Positions 1 to 14,489 of a DNA stretch of 64,000 nucleotides are shown here, one piece after another; the stretch's first letter is position 1; every line of letters starts with the position of its first letter. The DNA lies in assembly GCF_001194135.2 (NCBI RefSeq), contig NC_068981.1, positions 79,494,202 to 79,558,201 of the forward strand, read 5' to 3'. The DNA comes from Octopus bimaculoides. Lineage: Eukaryota. The position numbers and the translations under genes were made by a program. The notes beneath the pieces are model-generated. The model had not been told where the DNA came from. It saw only the letters and a program-made list of their open reading frames with translations, and ran no database searches.

Positions 1-31
<31 letters not shown>

Positions 32-1150
32 CATACACGACACAAAACCCTACTTGCGAAGACCTGTTGAGGCAAGTGAAATCGAAATCGAAATCCAGCA
101 TGGAAAACGGACGTTAAACGATGATGATGAAGAGCAAGGTCCAAGCTGGACGGAAACTGATGGATGTTGGTATCTAAACTAAGAGACAAGAGAAAGTGAA
201 CTGTGAGCTGGCTGACAGAAGAGTCTTTGGGGCATTGATCATGGAACAGACCCTTGTTCTATTTGATGGCAGGTTTTCACAAGCAACCTTTATTGTGGCA
301 CCACATGAAGAAAACTAGGTTAAAGTAAGGATGTGTAATTAATCAGGAGTCAGTGAACACAAGCAAAGGTAAACACACATACATATACATACACATACAC
401 ATATATACATGTGAATGTGTGTGTGTGTGTACATGCATGCATTTGTGCGTGTGAATGCAAGTGCATGTGTTTATGTGTGTGAGAGAGAGAGAGATGAAGA
501 AATAGACAATTAGATGAAGAAGCAAGCAAGTTCATAGATTGAAAAACAATTCAGTGCCAACTGAGGAATGCAGAAAGTAATCTGATATAGTAACACTGGA
601 TAATAAAAGTATGTTACAATACGAATATGAGGAAATGTATAAAGTGAATGATAATAGTAATAATAATAATGATTCTTTCTGCTATAGGCACAAAGCCTGA
701 AATCTTGGGGGAGGGGGGCCTAGTTGATTACATCAACCCCAGTATTTCACTGGTACTTAATTTATCTACCTTGAAAGGATGAAAGGCAAAGTTGACCTCA
801 GCAGAGTTTGAACTCAGAATGGAGTGGTAATAATTTCATTGTATGCCACAAGCACATTGCATGTTCGGAAAAGGGTTTACTGGATGTGAAATGATGTACA
901 TAGTTATATATATGTTTACATTTGTAATGAGGCTTCCCCCCACCCCACCCACCTCATATTTCAAAGAGGTCTTAGTGTCTGATGATAACCCTGGTCAGGA
1001 AACCCAGGATAACTCCATAGACCAGCCTCCCCCACCCAAAAAAAAATACACAGACTACTCTACTTCTTAGAGTGTGCTTCTCCAGATTTATGTTTTCTAA
1101 CAATCATCATCATAAATGCCCCAGCATGGCCACAGCTCTGAGCTGAAACT

Positions 1151-1231
<81 letters not shown>

Positions 1232-2090
1232 CAAAACAGGGGTGCAGCAAATGTTATACAATATATCAAGTCAAAATTGGTGCATAAAAACATAAATTTT
1301 GTAAAAAATGAATAACTATACACATATATAAATAAATGAATATAAATAATAAAAAAAAAAAAAACAAACAAAGGCAACCTACCCACATATGAGAGAGAAG
1401 CTTCAATCTAGGTAAGATGAGAACAACTCCATGACACTGAACACCTTCCACTCCTAAGAAAGTAATATTTTCAAAGGTGCCCCTGAATATTTCTGGTGTC
1501 AGAGAGAGAGAGGGGGGAGGGGAGAGAGAGAGAAAGAGCTAGAATTCTCCAAAATCCTTTAGGTAGGTAGTTGCACTCTGACTGTGCATGAAGTGCATGG
1601 GTGGTTCCCACCAACAGCTTATCCTTCAAATGTTCTACAAAACTCAAAGTTAATCTCTTCAGTCAACACAGTTGTAGTCTTTCTTCAACTTGTTTAGCAT
1701 ATCCAACCATTCCTCGTTGGCTGTTCAAAGGACTCATTGAGTTCCATGCAGTTCTAGGAGTAGATGAATTCCTCCTCAACTAACTTACTTGGCTTTGGTT
1801 TGGTTTCTCTTTTGTCTTTTCTGTGTTTTTCTCCCACTTCTCACCCCAGCGCCAATGCTCCTGACATGTTTACACTCCTGCTCATCCTACATCTCTACCC
1901 ATTGTTATAAGATGGAAGACACAGTGCTACAGACAACAGGCCCTCAACTTGCTCGTCGTCAGCTCCAGACTCTGAGGCTGAGGCAGAAAGTTTATCATAG
2001 CAGGACTCAAACTCAGAAGGTAACAAGCTGGAAGAAAAAGCACAAGGCATTTTTACAATGCTTGAACATTCTGTAAGCTCACCACCAATA

Positions 2091-2495
2091 GGTGCAGGAA
2101 TAGCTGTGTGGTAAGTAGCTTGCTTACCAACCACATGGCTCCGGATTCAGTCCCACTGCATGGCACCTTGGGCAATTGTCTTCTACTGTCGCTTCGGGCC
2201 GACCAAAGCCTTGTGAATGGATTTGGTAGATGGAAACTGAAAGAAGCCCATCGTATACACACACACACATATGTATATGTGTAGATGTTTGTATGTCTGT
2301 GTTTGTCCCCCCAACATCGCTTGACAACTGATGCTGGTGTGTTTAATCCCCGTAATTTAGCAGGTTGCCAAAAGTGACCGATAGAATAAGCATTAAGCTT
2401 ACAAAGAATAAGTCCTGGGATCGATTTGCTTGATTAAAGACGGTGCTCCAGCATGGCCACAGTCAAATGACTGAAACGAGTAAAAGAATAAAAGA
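2091..2495 (+). mobile_element. tRNA-derived CORE-like SINE, family A (CpG-decayed copy)
   Basis: Head ggtgcaggaatagctgtgtggtaag with B-box-like ggattcagtccc, CORE-like caccttgggcaa, internal (TG)n and an A-rich tail. Confidence 0.85.
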
Positions 2496-2724
2496 AAAAA
2501 AAGAATAATAATCCTTTCTACTATAGGCACAAGGCCTGAAATTTTAGGGTAGGGGACTAGTCAATTACATCAACCCCACTGTTCAACTGGTACTTATTTT
2601 ATCAATCCCGAAAGGATGAAAGATGAAGTGGACCTTAGAGGAATTTGAAGTCAGAATGGAGTGACTGGTGAAATACCGCTAAGCATTTCACCTGGCATGC
2701 TAATGATTCAGCCAGCTTGTTGCC

Positions 2725-2758
<34 letters not shown>

Positions 2759-4134
2759 GAGAACTCAGTGAGCGCAAACCTCTAAAAAGGCAACACCAAC
2801 GCTCTCTCAACAATTAGCCGGAGATGATTTTTAAAATGAGAATATCTGAAATAAACTCGACTGCTCTCACAAATGAGAAGGCTAAAAATGAACTCGACCA
2901 CTCTCAAAAATTAAATTAAAAAAACGGGAAAATAATCCAGAATCCTTATCCTGTACCTGATTGATCCCAATGGTAGTCATGGAATGTTAAGGGGGTGGGG
3001 TGCAGACTGTGTTTGTAATGCTGTATGTGTGTTGTCTGCAGAAGGAACAGGGACAATTTTCTCTATGAAAACTGTTTTAGTCTATCTACAGATATAGTGT
3101 CTTTATGTCTACAGTGAAAAATTTATCAGTGCATTAAAGAAAATGGAAAGAATGATGCTGTTAATGGGGGTTTAACAATATTGTTGTGCACAAAAATGTG
3201 AAGTAAAGATTCTTCAAAGCAGAACAAGAACTGCAATTGTCATGCAGGTAAGAGGTTTTAAACAGGAGTGATATCTTCAAAACTGGTAAAACTAAAAATT
3301 GTTGAGGATAAATTAAATTTATTATTGTTACTGAATATGTTAGTGTTATTTAATTTCTGAAAAATTTTGCTGCTGTTTGTTTATGTAGTTTGATAGTTTG
3401 ATTTCTTTATCCATCAGTTTCTACTAAGATAGAGATGCAAGTAAAATTAATAATAGACAAAATGAAAATAAAACTTTCGAAACAGCAACGCTACCATAAC
3501 TTACATGGAAATTATGAACCTGCTTTCAGGAAGAGATAATCAGAGAAAGACTTGAAAGTGAATGTAAGATCGTAATACTTCATGTTATAGTAAATATAAC
3601 AAACAATCCAGAATCCTTGTCCGGTACCAGATCAATCCCCAAATTTAATCAGTCTGTAGCAGTCACAACGCTAAACATTCCTGAAAGTTTCAACTGAATC
3701 CATCCAGCAGTTCTTGAGATATCTTGTCCATGGAAAAACAAATAAACACGAGTAAAAACAATACCTCTGCCTTTGCTAAGGCGGAGGTAACAATAATAAT
3801 AATGACTTCAAATTTTGGCACAAGGCTAGCCATTTCAGTGGGAGTGGGTTTGTCAGTTACATCAACCCCAGTATTTAACTGTTATATTATTCTGTCAATT
3901 CCATAAGTAAGAAAAGAAAATTCCTTTCATTTGCCAATGGATAAGAATGATAATTACAAAGACCTATATAAAGTATGGAGGTTTGCATGACGTATTGAAT
4001 GAGTAAAAAAAGCGTGAAGTATATGGATACATGGTGTACAAATAATAAATAGTGATGCAATCCTGCTGACACTAGATCTCCACTGAGGGCCAATCAAGGA
4101 TTGGCACAAATCCAAGATCACTCAAACCACCAAA

Positions 4135-4500
4135 AGTGAGTGACCTCTTCAAATATTATTCTCTGATTTGCAAGTGATCTTTTATCTAGTTTTGCTGTCT
4201 TTTTAACTCTGAGCCACCTTTCAATAAATTCTTTTGAGAACAGTCCTTTCTTCTCTACCCATACCTTCTTTTCCAAGAAAAACAAATCAGTGAGGGCTCA
4301 ACCAAAGAGGAAATGGTCTTATCTCAGACCTTTCAATCTCATCCATCAGACAACCTTTTTTGTTATACCCCATCAAACAAAGGGAAACTGCCTGATCTAC
4401 AGATAGCTGATATGTCCCTTCAAGTGACATGTGCTTGACATAACTTTTCATGTCAACAATAGCCTCAACAGGCACGAGCAGAACAAATTCATCACACTGC
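4135..4500 (-). mobile_element. Older L1/Tx1-like ORF2 C-terminal remnant
   Basis: Minus-strand LTDLFFLEKKVWVEKKGLFSKEFIERWLRVKK resembles the two copies above. Confidence 0.55.
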
Positions 4501-5019
4501 ATGTGTCAGACATCTGATTGTGTTTCTGTGCCAGTAGAGTTTATCACAAACCAGTAGTGCCAAGGCTTTCTGACACCAGTGATATTTGTTTCTACTTGAA
4601 GCACAAAAACCAACAATTTTTGAGGGAAAAGAGTCATTAAAATACATCAACCCAGTACTTGACTAATACTTTATTTTATCAACTCCAGATCAGTTGGTAA
4701 AATGTAAGTCAACAAAAGGAAAGTCGGCCTCAATAGGATTTGCACTAGGAAATAATGGGCCAGAACAAATACCACAAGGCATTTTGCTACTCTAAAGATT
4801 CAGCCATTTCATTACCTTAACAACAACAATAAAGGCAAAAATAAACATAAAGCCATTGCAAATGAATGGCTGTGTGGTTAAGAAGCTCATGTTGCAACCA
4901 CGTGGTTTCAGGTTCAGTTCCACTGCACAGCATCTTGGAGAAGTGTCTTCTACCATAGCACTGCCCCTGATTACAGCTTTGTGAATTTATTAGATGGAAA
5001 TTGTGTGGAAGCTCATTGT

Positions 5020-5068
<49 letters not shown>

Positions 5069-5223
5069 NNNNNNNNNNTCTTCCGATCTTGTGTGTGTGT
5101 GTGGTTGTGTATGCGCGTGTCTGTTCCTCTCCCAATTGTTTGACAACAGTTGTTGGTTTGTTCATGTCCCTACAACTCATTGGTTTGGCAAAAGAGACTG
5201 AAAGAATAATTACCAGACTTTAA

Positions 5224-5809
5224 CCCTTTAGCATTTAAACTGGCCATATCCAGCCCAAATATGGCCAGATCTGGTCTTTCACAACTACCCTACAATGTCA
5301 TTCTAAATGTGGACCATAACATCACCAAAATCTCAAATCTGTGAGATGATACATGATTAATTCAAAATAGGCGCAAGAGTGGCTGTGTGGTAAGTAGCTT
5401 GCTTACCAACCACATGGTTCCGGGTTCAGTCCCACTGCGTAGCACCTTGGGCAAGTGTCTTCTACCATAGCCTCGGGCCGACCAAAGCCTTCTGAGTGGA
5501 TTTGGTAGACAGAAAATGAAAGAAGCCTGTTGTATATATGTATATATATATATGTGTGTGTGTGTGTTTGTGTTTGTCCCCCCAACATTGCTTGACAACC
5601 GATGCTGGCACGTTTATGTCCCCGTAACTTAGCAGTTCAGCAAAAGGGACCAATAGAATAAGTACTAGGCTTACAAAGAATAAGTCCTGGGGTCGATTTG
5701 CTCGACTAAAGGCGGTGCTCCAGCATGGCCGCAGTCAAATGACCGAAACAAGTAAAGAGTATAAATAAATAAGCTTTACATTTGTCAAAGTAATTTGAAT
5801 GCTAAAGAG
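5224..5809. mobile_element. piggyBac-type MITE (TTAA TSD)
   Basis: TTAA-CCCTTTAGCATT ... AATGCTAAAGAG-TTAA; contains SINE A. Confidence 0.75.
5370..5762 (+). mobile_element. SINE family A nested in a piggyBac-type MITE
   Basis: Near-identical to the 2091 and 34845 copies. Confidence 0.85.
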
Positions 5810-8800
5810 TTAAATGAGTACTGGGGTTGAATTGTTCACCCAAACCCATGAAGACGATAGCCACAGAATGAATCAAGTGAAAGATGTAAATTAAGACCAG
5901 TGCAGGAGTGCAAGAAAAAGGCTTTGAAAGTATACTAGCCTTAATAATTATAGTTTGTAGTTATTACCTACGACTACCTGACACTATAATTAACAGTTTG
6001 ACAAGTGAATTCATTGGAATGTATAATGCAACTGTAAAATTGCTCACCATCTGTAGAATGTCAGCCTAAGCACATGTCAGTTGAGGAGTACATCACTAAA
6101 CATGAAAGAGGAAGACAACTGATGCAAATGAAAAATTCCTTTTGATATTTCAATCTGCTGAACTAAATCTACATTCTCACACTCTGAAAAAAAAGTACCC
6201 CTTGCCCTACCTACAAAGATATAAATAATCTTCATTTCTGTTAGAACATTCAACAAATGTAAACACCTCAACATAAGATATTTTCATCCAAATTACACTA
6301 ATCATATCTACCAAGTTCACCAAAGTGCAAAATGATGAAGATTTAGTCACTCATCTTCTCCATCAAGTCACTGACAGACATTTCTATGTTCTGCCAATTA
6401 TTATTTTTTTATGTATTTACTTCCTTTACTAATTGCTTCATTCAGAAGACTTTGGCCAAACTGGAACATTGCTTTCAGGGATTTTTGTTGAACAAATTGA
6501 TCTCAGTACTTATTTTTTCCTAAGCCTGCTACTTATTCTTATTGGTCTCTTTTGCCGAACTGCTAAGTTACCAGGATGCAAACAAACTAACACCAGTTGT
6601 CAAGCAGTGATGGAGACAAACACAAATACACACAATATATATATTGTGACTTAGTGGTTAGGATATTCAGTCATAAGTTCAATTCAGTGTGCCAATATAT
6701 ATATATGACAAGCTCCTTTCTGTTTCCATCTACCAAATCCACTGATAAGGCTTTGTTCAACCCAGAGCTATCATAGAAGTCACTTGCCCAAGGTACTATG
6801 CAATGGGACTGAACCCAAAACCATGTGGTTGAGAAGAAAGCTTCTTACTACATAGTCATGCCTGCACATAAATCTTTTGACTAGCAAGAATTAGAAGTAT
6901 GGTTGTAGAAAAATAATGCACAAAAAATTCAAGTAGCAATATAAAATGTAATTCTTACCACAAGACACATATCAGCAAAAGACCAGCAGTAAACAAGACC
7001 AGTGGTAAACAAAGACCACTGGTAAACAAAAATCTCTGTAATATGCTCAGAATGTTGAAACAATTGGGCATATCACTGCAGAATATCCTATGGCCTAATA
7101 AAGTTGGACAATGTGTCAGTGGGCTATATACAAAAGAACATCATCATTTACCATCCAGTTTTCCATGCTCACATGGGTCAGACGGAATGTGTTGAGGCAA
7201 ATTTTCTTGGCCAAATGCTCATCCTGTTGCCAACCCTCACCGGTTTCCAAGCAAGGTAATATTTCCCCATGATCAGATATGTTTTCACAAAAGACTGGTA
7301 ATGAAGCACACCATTTGCATGATGGTGACGTTTGTTTACATATTTCACGTGAGGTCAAAGCAAGGAGATAGTAACACACACACACACATTGGGCTTCTTT
7401 CAGGTTCTGTTTACCAAATCCTCTCACAAGACTTGGTAGACCTAAGGCTATAGTAGAAGACACTTGCCTAAGGTGCCACACAATGGGATTGAACCTGAGA
7501 TCATGTGATCAGGAAGCAATTTTATTACCACACAGTCATGCCTGTATCACATCTATACATGGGAATACAAGTTAGTGATGATAAATAATAAGCATCTAGA
7601 ACCAGTAACCAAGCCTCTTTAAAACTAACAAAATAATAACCAGATGTTGTCCATAAAAATAAGGTTTGCCCAGCAGTTAATAAATGTTATGAATATCATG
7701 TGATCGACCAGTCTGTCAGATGTTGTTATACATCACTGGTCACAATACACTTTGCATCATTTAAGCTTTTGAATGATGCTACCCTGCTGGCCAGGTAAGT
7801 AGGCCAACATCCCCTCCGATCAGAAGGTTAGTTCATCACAGTGTTACCCATTTACAACAGAGTGGATCAGAGCAGTGTGAAATGGAGTATTTTGCTGAAG
7901 AACACAATGCACTGTCAGCCCAGCAATTGAAACCGTGGTTTAGCAATCTGGAGTGCAACACCTTACCCACTTCACAACCACTTTATTACAGGTCCAGTTC
8001 TGTTGAATTGTATCTTGACAAGTAAGCATCTTCTACTATAGCTCTGGGCCAACCATAATCTTATGAGAGAATTTGGTAGACAGAAACTGAAAGAAGTCCA
8101 TCATGTGTGTGTGTGTGTGTTTGTGCTTGTCTTGACATCATGTCATAGTTGTAAACAAGTGTCACTGTCATTCATTTTCAATATTCTGTGAAAAAATGTC
8201 TGACCAAGGGAAAATATTACCTTCCATGGAAACAGAGGAGTGTTGGTAACAGAAAGGACAATGGCCCAAGAAAATCTGCCTCAAAAATCTTTGTCCAACC
8301 CATGCAATGGTATGAGAAAGAGGATGTTAAAACGACGATGATATATCTGTATTGTAAAAGGTGACTAAAAAGTTGATATCAAAAAAGGCCTCCAAAAATT
8401 AAACTGCCTCAAAAACTCCCCATTCAATCCACACTTGCATGGAAAACCAAACATATAGACAATGAAGTATGTGCAAAGGAAGGTACTGATAAAACATGGA
8501 AAGAAAATTCAATAAACTTCTAATAGAAATCTACATCAACATTTAATGTCCATTTTCCATGCTGGCATGAGTTAGATGGTTTGACAGAAACTGACTAGCC
8601 AGAACCTGCACTAGGCTTAACTGTCTGTTTTGACACAGATTTTATGGCTGGATTCCCTTCTTAATACCAACCACCTTACAGAGGGAATTGAGTGCATTTT
8701 ACATGGCACCAGCACCAACAAGGTTTGTTTTGCTATGATTTATATGGCTGGATACCCTTCTAAATGCCAACCACTTTACAGTGTGGATGCTTTTTATGTG

Positions 8801-9653
8801 GCACCAGCACTGGCAGGGTCACCAAGTAACACACAAAACAAAGATCCTTTGAATTACAGTTATTGTAAACCAGAACTAAAAAGTTCACACAAAAATTCCA
8901 AACTGTCATCAACCTATAAAACATACAGAAAGCTTTCCATTAAGGAATAGCTCATATGATATATAAAGTAGTGTTGTAGGTCAATCCCAGCATGAGGAGT
9001 GGCTTTAAGTATTGAGAATGCACAAATGTCTAGCTAGACTTAATAAAAATTACTTACAGACAGTGGAAAAGAAAAGAACAAATGCAATAATATTGCTAAA
9101 AATAATTGTTTCTGATTTAGGCATAAAGCCAGAAATTTTGAGAGGTGAGGGTTAGTCAATATGATTGAAAGAATTAAGAAGTTGACCTCCTTTACAAGAT
9201 CAATGTAATCGTTATTTTACAACTGTTTTCCATACTGGCACAGGCTAGCTGGCTCAACAGGATCTAAAGGGTTAAAGGATCCAATCTCTATATTGGGGCA
9301 GAGCTTTTTTTTTTATAGGCCAACTCCTAACTGTTTTGACAGGAGATAACAAGCTTCCAGTTGATTAAACAAATGATCCAGACAAACTTTAATGGTGCAC
9401 TGGAAACAAATGATACTATTTATGATGACATTGTTTAGAGACCAGCAAACACATAGACTTGAGAAGAACAAACCCGCTCTCAAAAGGCACACACAAATAA
9501 ATTATATATATCTAAGCCATATTAAATCTCTGAGCGAGATGTAAACAGTAGCAATATGGAATCATAACATATAATTGCCAACCAAGTGTGGTGTCCTACA
9601 TGGGACAGTGCTACTGACATTTATAGCCCAAGGAAAACATCTCAATTGTATGT

Positions 9654-9693
<40 letters not shown>

Positions 9694-12600
9694 GTGGACT
9701 TCTTTCAATTTCCATCAACCAAATAAACTCACAAAGCTCTGGTCAGCTCAAATATATAGAAAACACTCGACCAAGGGGCCATGCAGTGAGACTGAACCTA
9801 GTTAAAAAGCAATCTTCTTGAACACAGCCATGCCTGCATAGGTTAGGCAAACCTGCCACAAAACATATTGCTGTTTATCACAATCTTTCTTTATCTTATC
9901 ATTAAGAGTCCTCCCGTATGTTCTACCATTAGTACCTCCCTGGTAATCATCAATACTAAGTCTTTTATGCAGGTTAAAGTTACACATTTAACAGATCATG
10001 CCTGACTCATGACTTTTCCATCTATGCAGATCTTTCATATTCATAGTCCATGTCTAATAGCCATGTAGCAATATAGTCATTATATATGCTTTTCAGATAG
10101 AGAGAAAAATACCTCAGTTGCCAAAAGTGGTCACATCTCTTTAAAATTCTTCTACCGTTTTTTTCCAAACCATTAAAGGAGCCTCTACAGGGTCACTCAA
10201 CCAACTGGAAATTTCAACCAAATTATTTCGTATCACATCCTTGTGTCTTTGAAAAAAAAAACACATTGTATAATGTAGTACGAAATGCCTTAGATCCCAA
10301 ATCTATTCAATCAGGGTTCATTTGGGCTAAGCAAGAACCTCATCTGTTTTTACTTTCTTTCACAAGCACATACATTCAAATAATTTAACTTAAAATATGT
10401 TAGACCACCACTATATCCTGTTTGCAACCTCATAGAGACTCGCTTGATCAAGAGTAGGCAAGATCCATCCCTTGAGCAAAATCTGACCCATGAATGTAAT
10501 TTGTCAGATCCACATGCAGATATTAAGATTGTAGTGAGACCAATTTCTATTATGGTATATTGGAGACAATCAGGCTTTTATAGGCTCAATATGTTAATCT
10601 ATAAGAATTGGTCATTTTATCTATCACATGAGTTTTGAACATTGGTTGAGTCTTGTGCTGTGATTGGTTGAGTATTGTGCAGGATTTAAATTGAAGGTCC
10701 AATCACATTGCACGTAATACATTCTCAAGCAACTAATCTGTAAGTGCTTTGGAGCCTACATTTTTCCATAAATTTGTGTGATAAATTACTTACATCAGAG
10801 GGGTGAGTAATTTTCATAAAGGCAAGTCATGCTGATTTTCCTATTGTTTTTCACCAGAGAAATATTATTATAATGAAGCACGTGTAACCAATGTTGATCA
10901 AAGCTGAATTATCTAAATGATGGATGACAACAACCACCAGAATTTTTAATGTTTCTTACTTGATCAACAGTACCACTTTATGAAGGAATAAAGTCTCACT
11001 GTTATTTTAAAGTTCGTTTCTTTTGTTACTTCCATGAGTGAACACACAAAATATATTATACAATGGTATACAAGATTCCATAGTAAAAGCAAGGGAGACT
11101 TGTGATCCACCACTAAAAGACAAACTACTTCTTCAACCTGTGAACAATTTTTCCTTATTCTAAATATTTCCTACAATTTCATTGATGGATCATGAACAGC
11201 TTGTTACACTGGTCAAGGGTCCTATTTTGTTCCAAACCAAATCTCAAGAAATAGAACCATTTGTTAATATGAACAAGATAATCTCTTCATGCACACACAT
11301 TTCAAGTGAAATCATTCAAATTTGTAAACAGAAACATCAACGCAATTTAACAAGAAAGGCATGCTACATATCTACTTGAAAAAGAAAATATAATCCATTC
11401 TAGGAAGGCAGATACTTTGTTAAATCTTTTGTGCTTCAACACAGAATATGTGTAAATGATTTGCAAGAAGTATTTAGGACTAATCATCTCTTTTCTATGC
11501 TCACTGTAGAATAATTTGGTAGTTAAATAGAACACAAAAGGAGCAGTTTATGTACTGATATGTATGTCATGCAATTCCTTGACATGTTTTGCAATACCAG
11601 GCTATCAAAGTAGCAATACTTGACTTGTAGAAAATATGTTCCTCCAAGTGGGAAATATCCATGAAAAAAAAAAAAAAAAAAATGAGATCATACATTTTGT
11701 AACATTTATCTTATGTCAGTAATTATTTTAAAAATGAAACCTATCAAGAATCATCTGTAAACAAAAGTGACTGATGTTCCTTTGGATAATGTATTAGCAT
11801 CAACAAGCCTGACAACCAATATTGAAGGGCTTTCATGCAGCTAACAATATTAGGTTTCACACTGATTTATGGACTGTTTGCATTAAAATTAAGCAATTTT
11901 CTTTTTCATGATATTTAATTCACCACCATTCAATGCACTAGGTTCATTTTTGAAGTTTTAAATATTCTTTACTGCTTTTTAATAGATTTTAGGTATGTCC
12001 TAATTAAAATAAATTTGACTCAAGTTCTTTGATTAATAATTGGCATCCTTTGGTAAAGAAACAGGATTTTCCAACATGTATCAATTATTGGTTTGATGAA
12101 AAATGTAATTAAAATGTATTCAAATTGATAATTTATATATTGCAAACTTTGTTGTGGCATTTATCTGATCAATCATGCACTGTGAGATTTCTTGTTGCAA
12201 AAACAGGTTGCTGACACCAGCTCTAGACATCATAGGATTGGCACTGAGAGAAATGTAAGATAGAATAATAAAACTTAGACTGACACAAGGCCATGCATTT
12301 CTTCAGGTAAAAAGAGTTAATTGAATCAAGTCTCATACAAGTATTTATTTTTTCAGTCCCAGAGAAATGGAGGACAAAGTCACGTGTGGTGGAATAAAGT
12401 AACAAAAATATATACTAAAAGATGGATTTCTAACCATTTTAATAATACCCAGTTAACTACACCTAAAGTAATAAATATAACAAAATAATATATAAACAAC
12501 CTATAGGACATGATATGAAAGCATAACTTAGGTATTTTAACGTATCAAAACATCATAAATGAAAACACAGGTTTATATGTACAGCACAAATATAAACTCA

Positions 12601-14489
12601 TTTATAAAATGTAAACAGTCATTGTCAGAAATAAACATACATCCCAATAATGTTGAGTGGGAGTAAAATCTAAGGTGTAATAGTAAATTCTTAGTGAACT
12701 TAGTCTCAGAACCAATATCAATTCCAAGTCAAATTCACTGACATAGTTATTTCTTCAGAAGCGAAATCAAACCATATAAATTTACTGCAGCAGATCCTAA
12801 ATACATATTGTTGTATATTTACATTCCAGTTTTGCTGTTATATTAATGGGCTACCTATTTTCTCTTTTGTTCTCTTATCAAATGTCAATGAATATACCAT
12901 GTTACTGCATATATTAATAAATAAATTCTGTTTTATCAACTATTTACCCACCCATTAAACATCTAGTAAACAATATCAATAAAACAACAAAAAAAACCTA
13001 ACACTACAACATATTCTACAAACTGTGTATAACTTTTTTCCAGTAATCCTCTTTCCACAAAACAACGAAAACTGGACCATTAAACCTTTGCTGTATGTTT
13101 CAAGAACTCAATGTTTTGCTGATATGTTATTTTTCTAGATAAAAATAAAAATTTCAATGGTGTGAATTATAGGATTTTATTTGGTATTCATGCCAATCAC
13201 ATATACAAAGAACAGAATTCATCCATAAATTGAAACAAAGTTGTAATCGTAGCCTGCTAACTCTTACTCTTCAACATTAATTACATTACTGTAGTTGTAA
13301 TGATTTGTTAATTACACACAAAATCTGTTGTTTAGAGCAGTATTGTAGCTGATCTAATCAACCCCAGTAAGAGAAATAAAAAGTTAAAGTGCAGAAGAAT
13401 GAAACTAAATACTAACAATCATTTAGTCAACACTGTGCTTCTTTCATTCTACCACATTCAATATTCTATTAATATTCACTTCCAATATCAGCACAAGGTC
13501 ACACATCATGGATTAAGGTTAAAATTGATTAAGTAATTAGATACAACAAAACATTTTGTTGGACCCTGTAATGATTCTCTCAATCAACATTAATATTATT
13601 TAAAGAGCAATGAGTGTAAGGAACTGGAAGAATCATTGGAGTGCTAGACAAAACGTTTTGCAATATTAGTGTGTCTCAAGGAAAAGATATAAGGTTCTGC
13701 TATCTATGAAACCTATGTAGCCTGGATTTTATCTATTCCATTCCCTAATCTTGGATACACACACACACACACACACATAGAGAAAGAAGATAGATGTGGA
13801 TTCAAGTCCTGCAGGCAGCCTTTGACTGTCCAAAAGATTCTTTCACTCAATATTTACATGCTATTATGTGTAGCTTTGCTTCTGTATCCACCATTCCAAA
13901 AAATAATTATTTCACACACACACATGTATATCAAACAGAGTGATATTCATAATCTGTTGTAGTTGTCTCATCATATATGTAACTTGTCTATTTGGGTTTT
14001 ATAGACTGTCCAGGTTTCAGCTCCATTCAACAGGGGAACAAACACTGGAGCAAAAGGGAATGTGAAGTGAAAAGGAATTGATCATAATCAATGGCAAACT
14101 CAAGTGAAAAACCAACCAACGTGGAGAAAACTTATGAAGTCATGCCAAAGCCATGAACAGTCATAGTTGCAACGGCTGATTACAATAGAAGGAAAAACAC
14201 ACACACACATTTATCATTATCGTTTTAACATCCACTTTACCATTCTTGCATGGGTCAAAGTTTAATGAGGTACCTTTGCTATACAACCAGATGCCCTTCC
14301 TGTTGCCAACCATCACCTGCTTCCAAGTAAAGTAATGTTTCCTAATGGCTGGACATGTTTGTGCAGAATTTTGGAAATGAATGACATGACAGTGACTCAT
14401 CTACTACCATCATGAGATGTCACAACAAGGAAACACAAGTATATACACACACACACTCACACTTATGCACATCTTCATTCATTCATATA

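Noticed and set aside
978-1010. CTGATGA...GAAAC hammerhead-like spacing (also 39841-39870)
   Set aside because: Stems II and III do not pair.
1381-1449. Minus-strand exon-like unit encoding GVEGVQ as arginase exon 2
   Set aside because: Wrong phase for the phase-0 donor, and it lacks the GP motif.
1570-2075. Minus ORF with SSLLPSEFESCYDKLSASASES
   Set aside because: No convincing splice sites or motif, and neighbouring frames are broken.
10495-10530. DPHADIK, resembling the arginase DAHADI motif
   Set aside because: Wrong strand relative to exon 1, and the flanking residues do not match.
10860-12400. Coding-looking plus-strand stretch
   Set aside because: Stops in all frames and no recognisable family; probably an ancient TE, but not supportable.
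12700-13140. Exon candidates KITYQQNIEFLKHTAK and GSAAVNLYGLISLLKK*
   Set aside because: Weak donor, and no homology to arginase or any protein I recognise.
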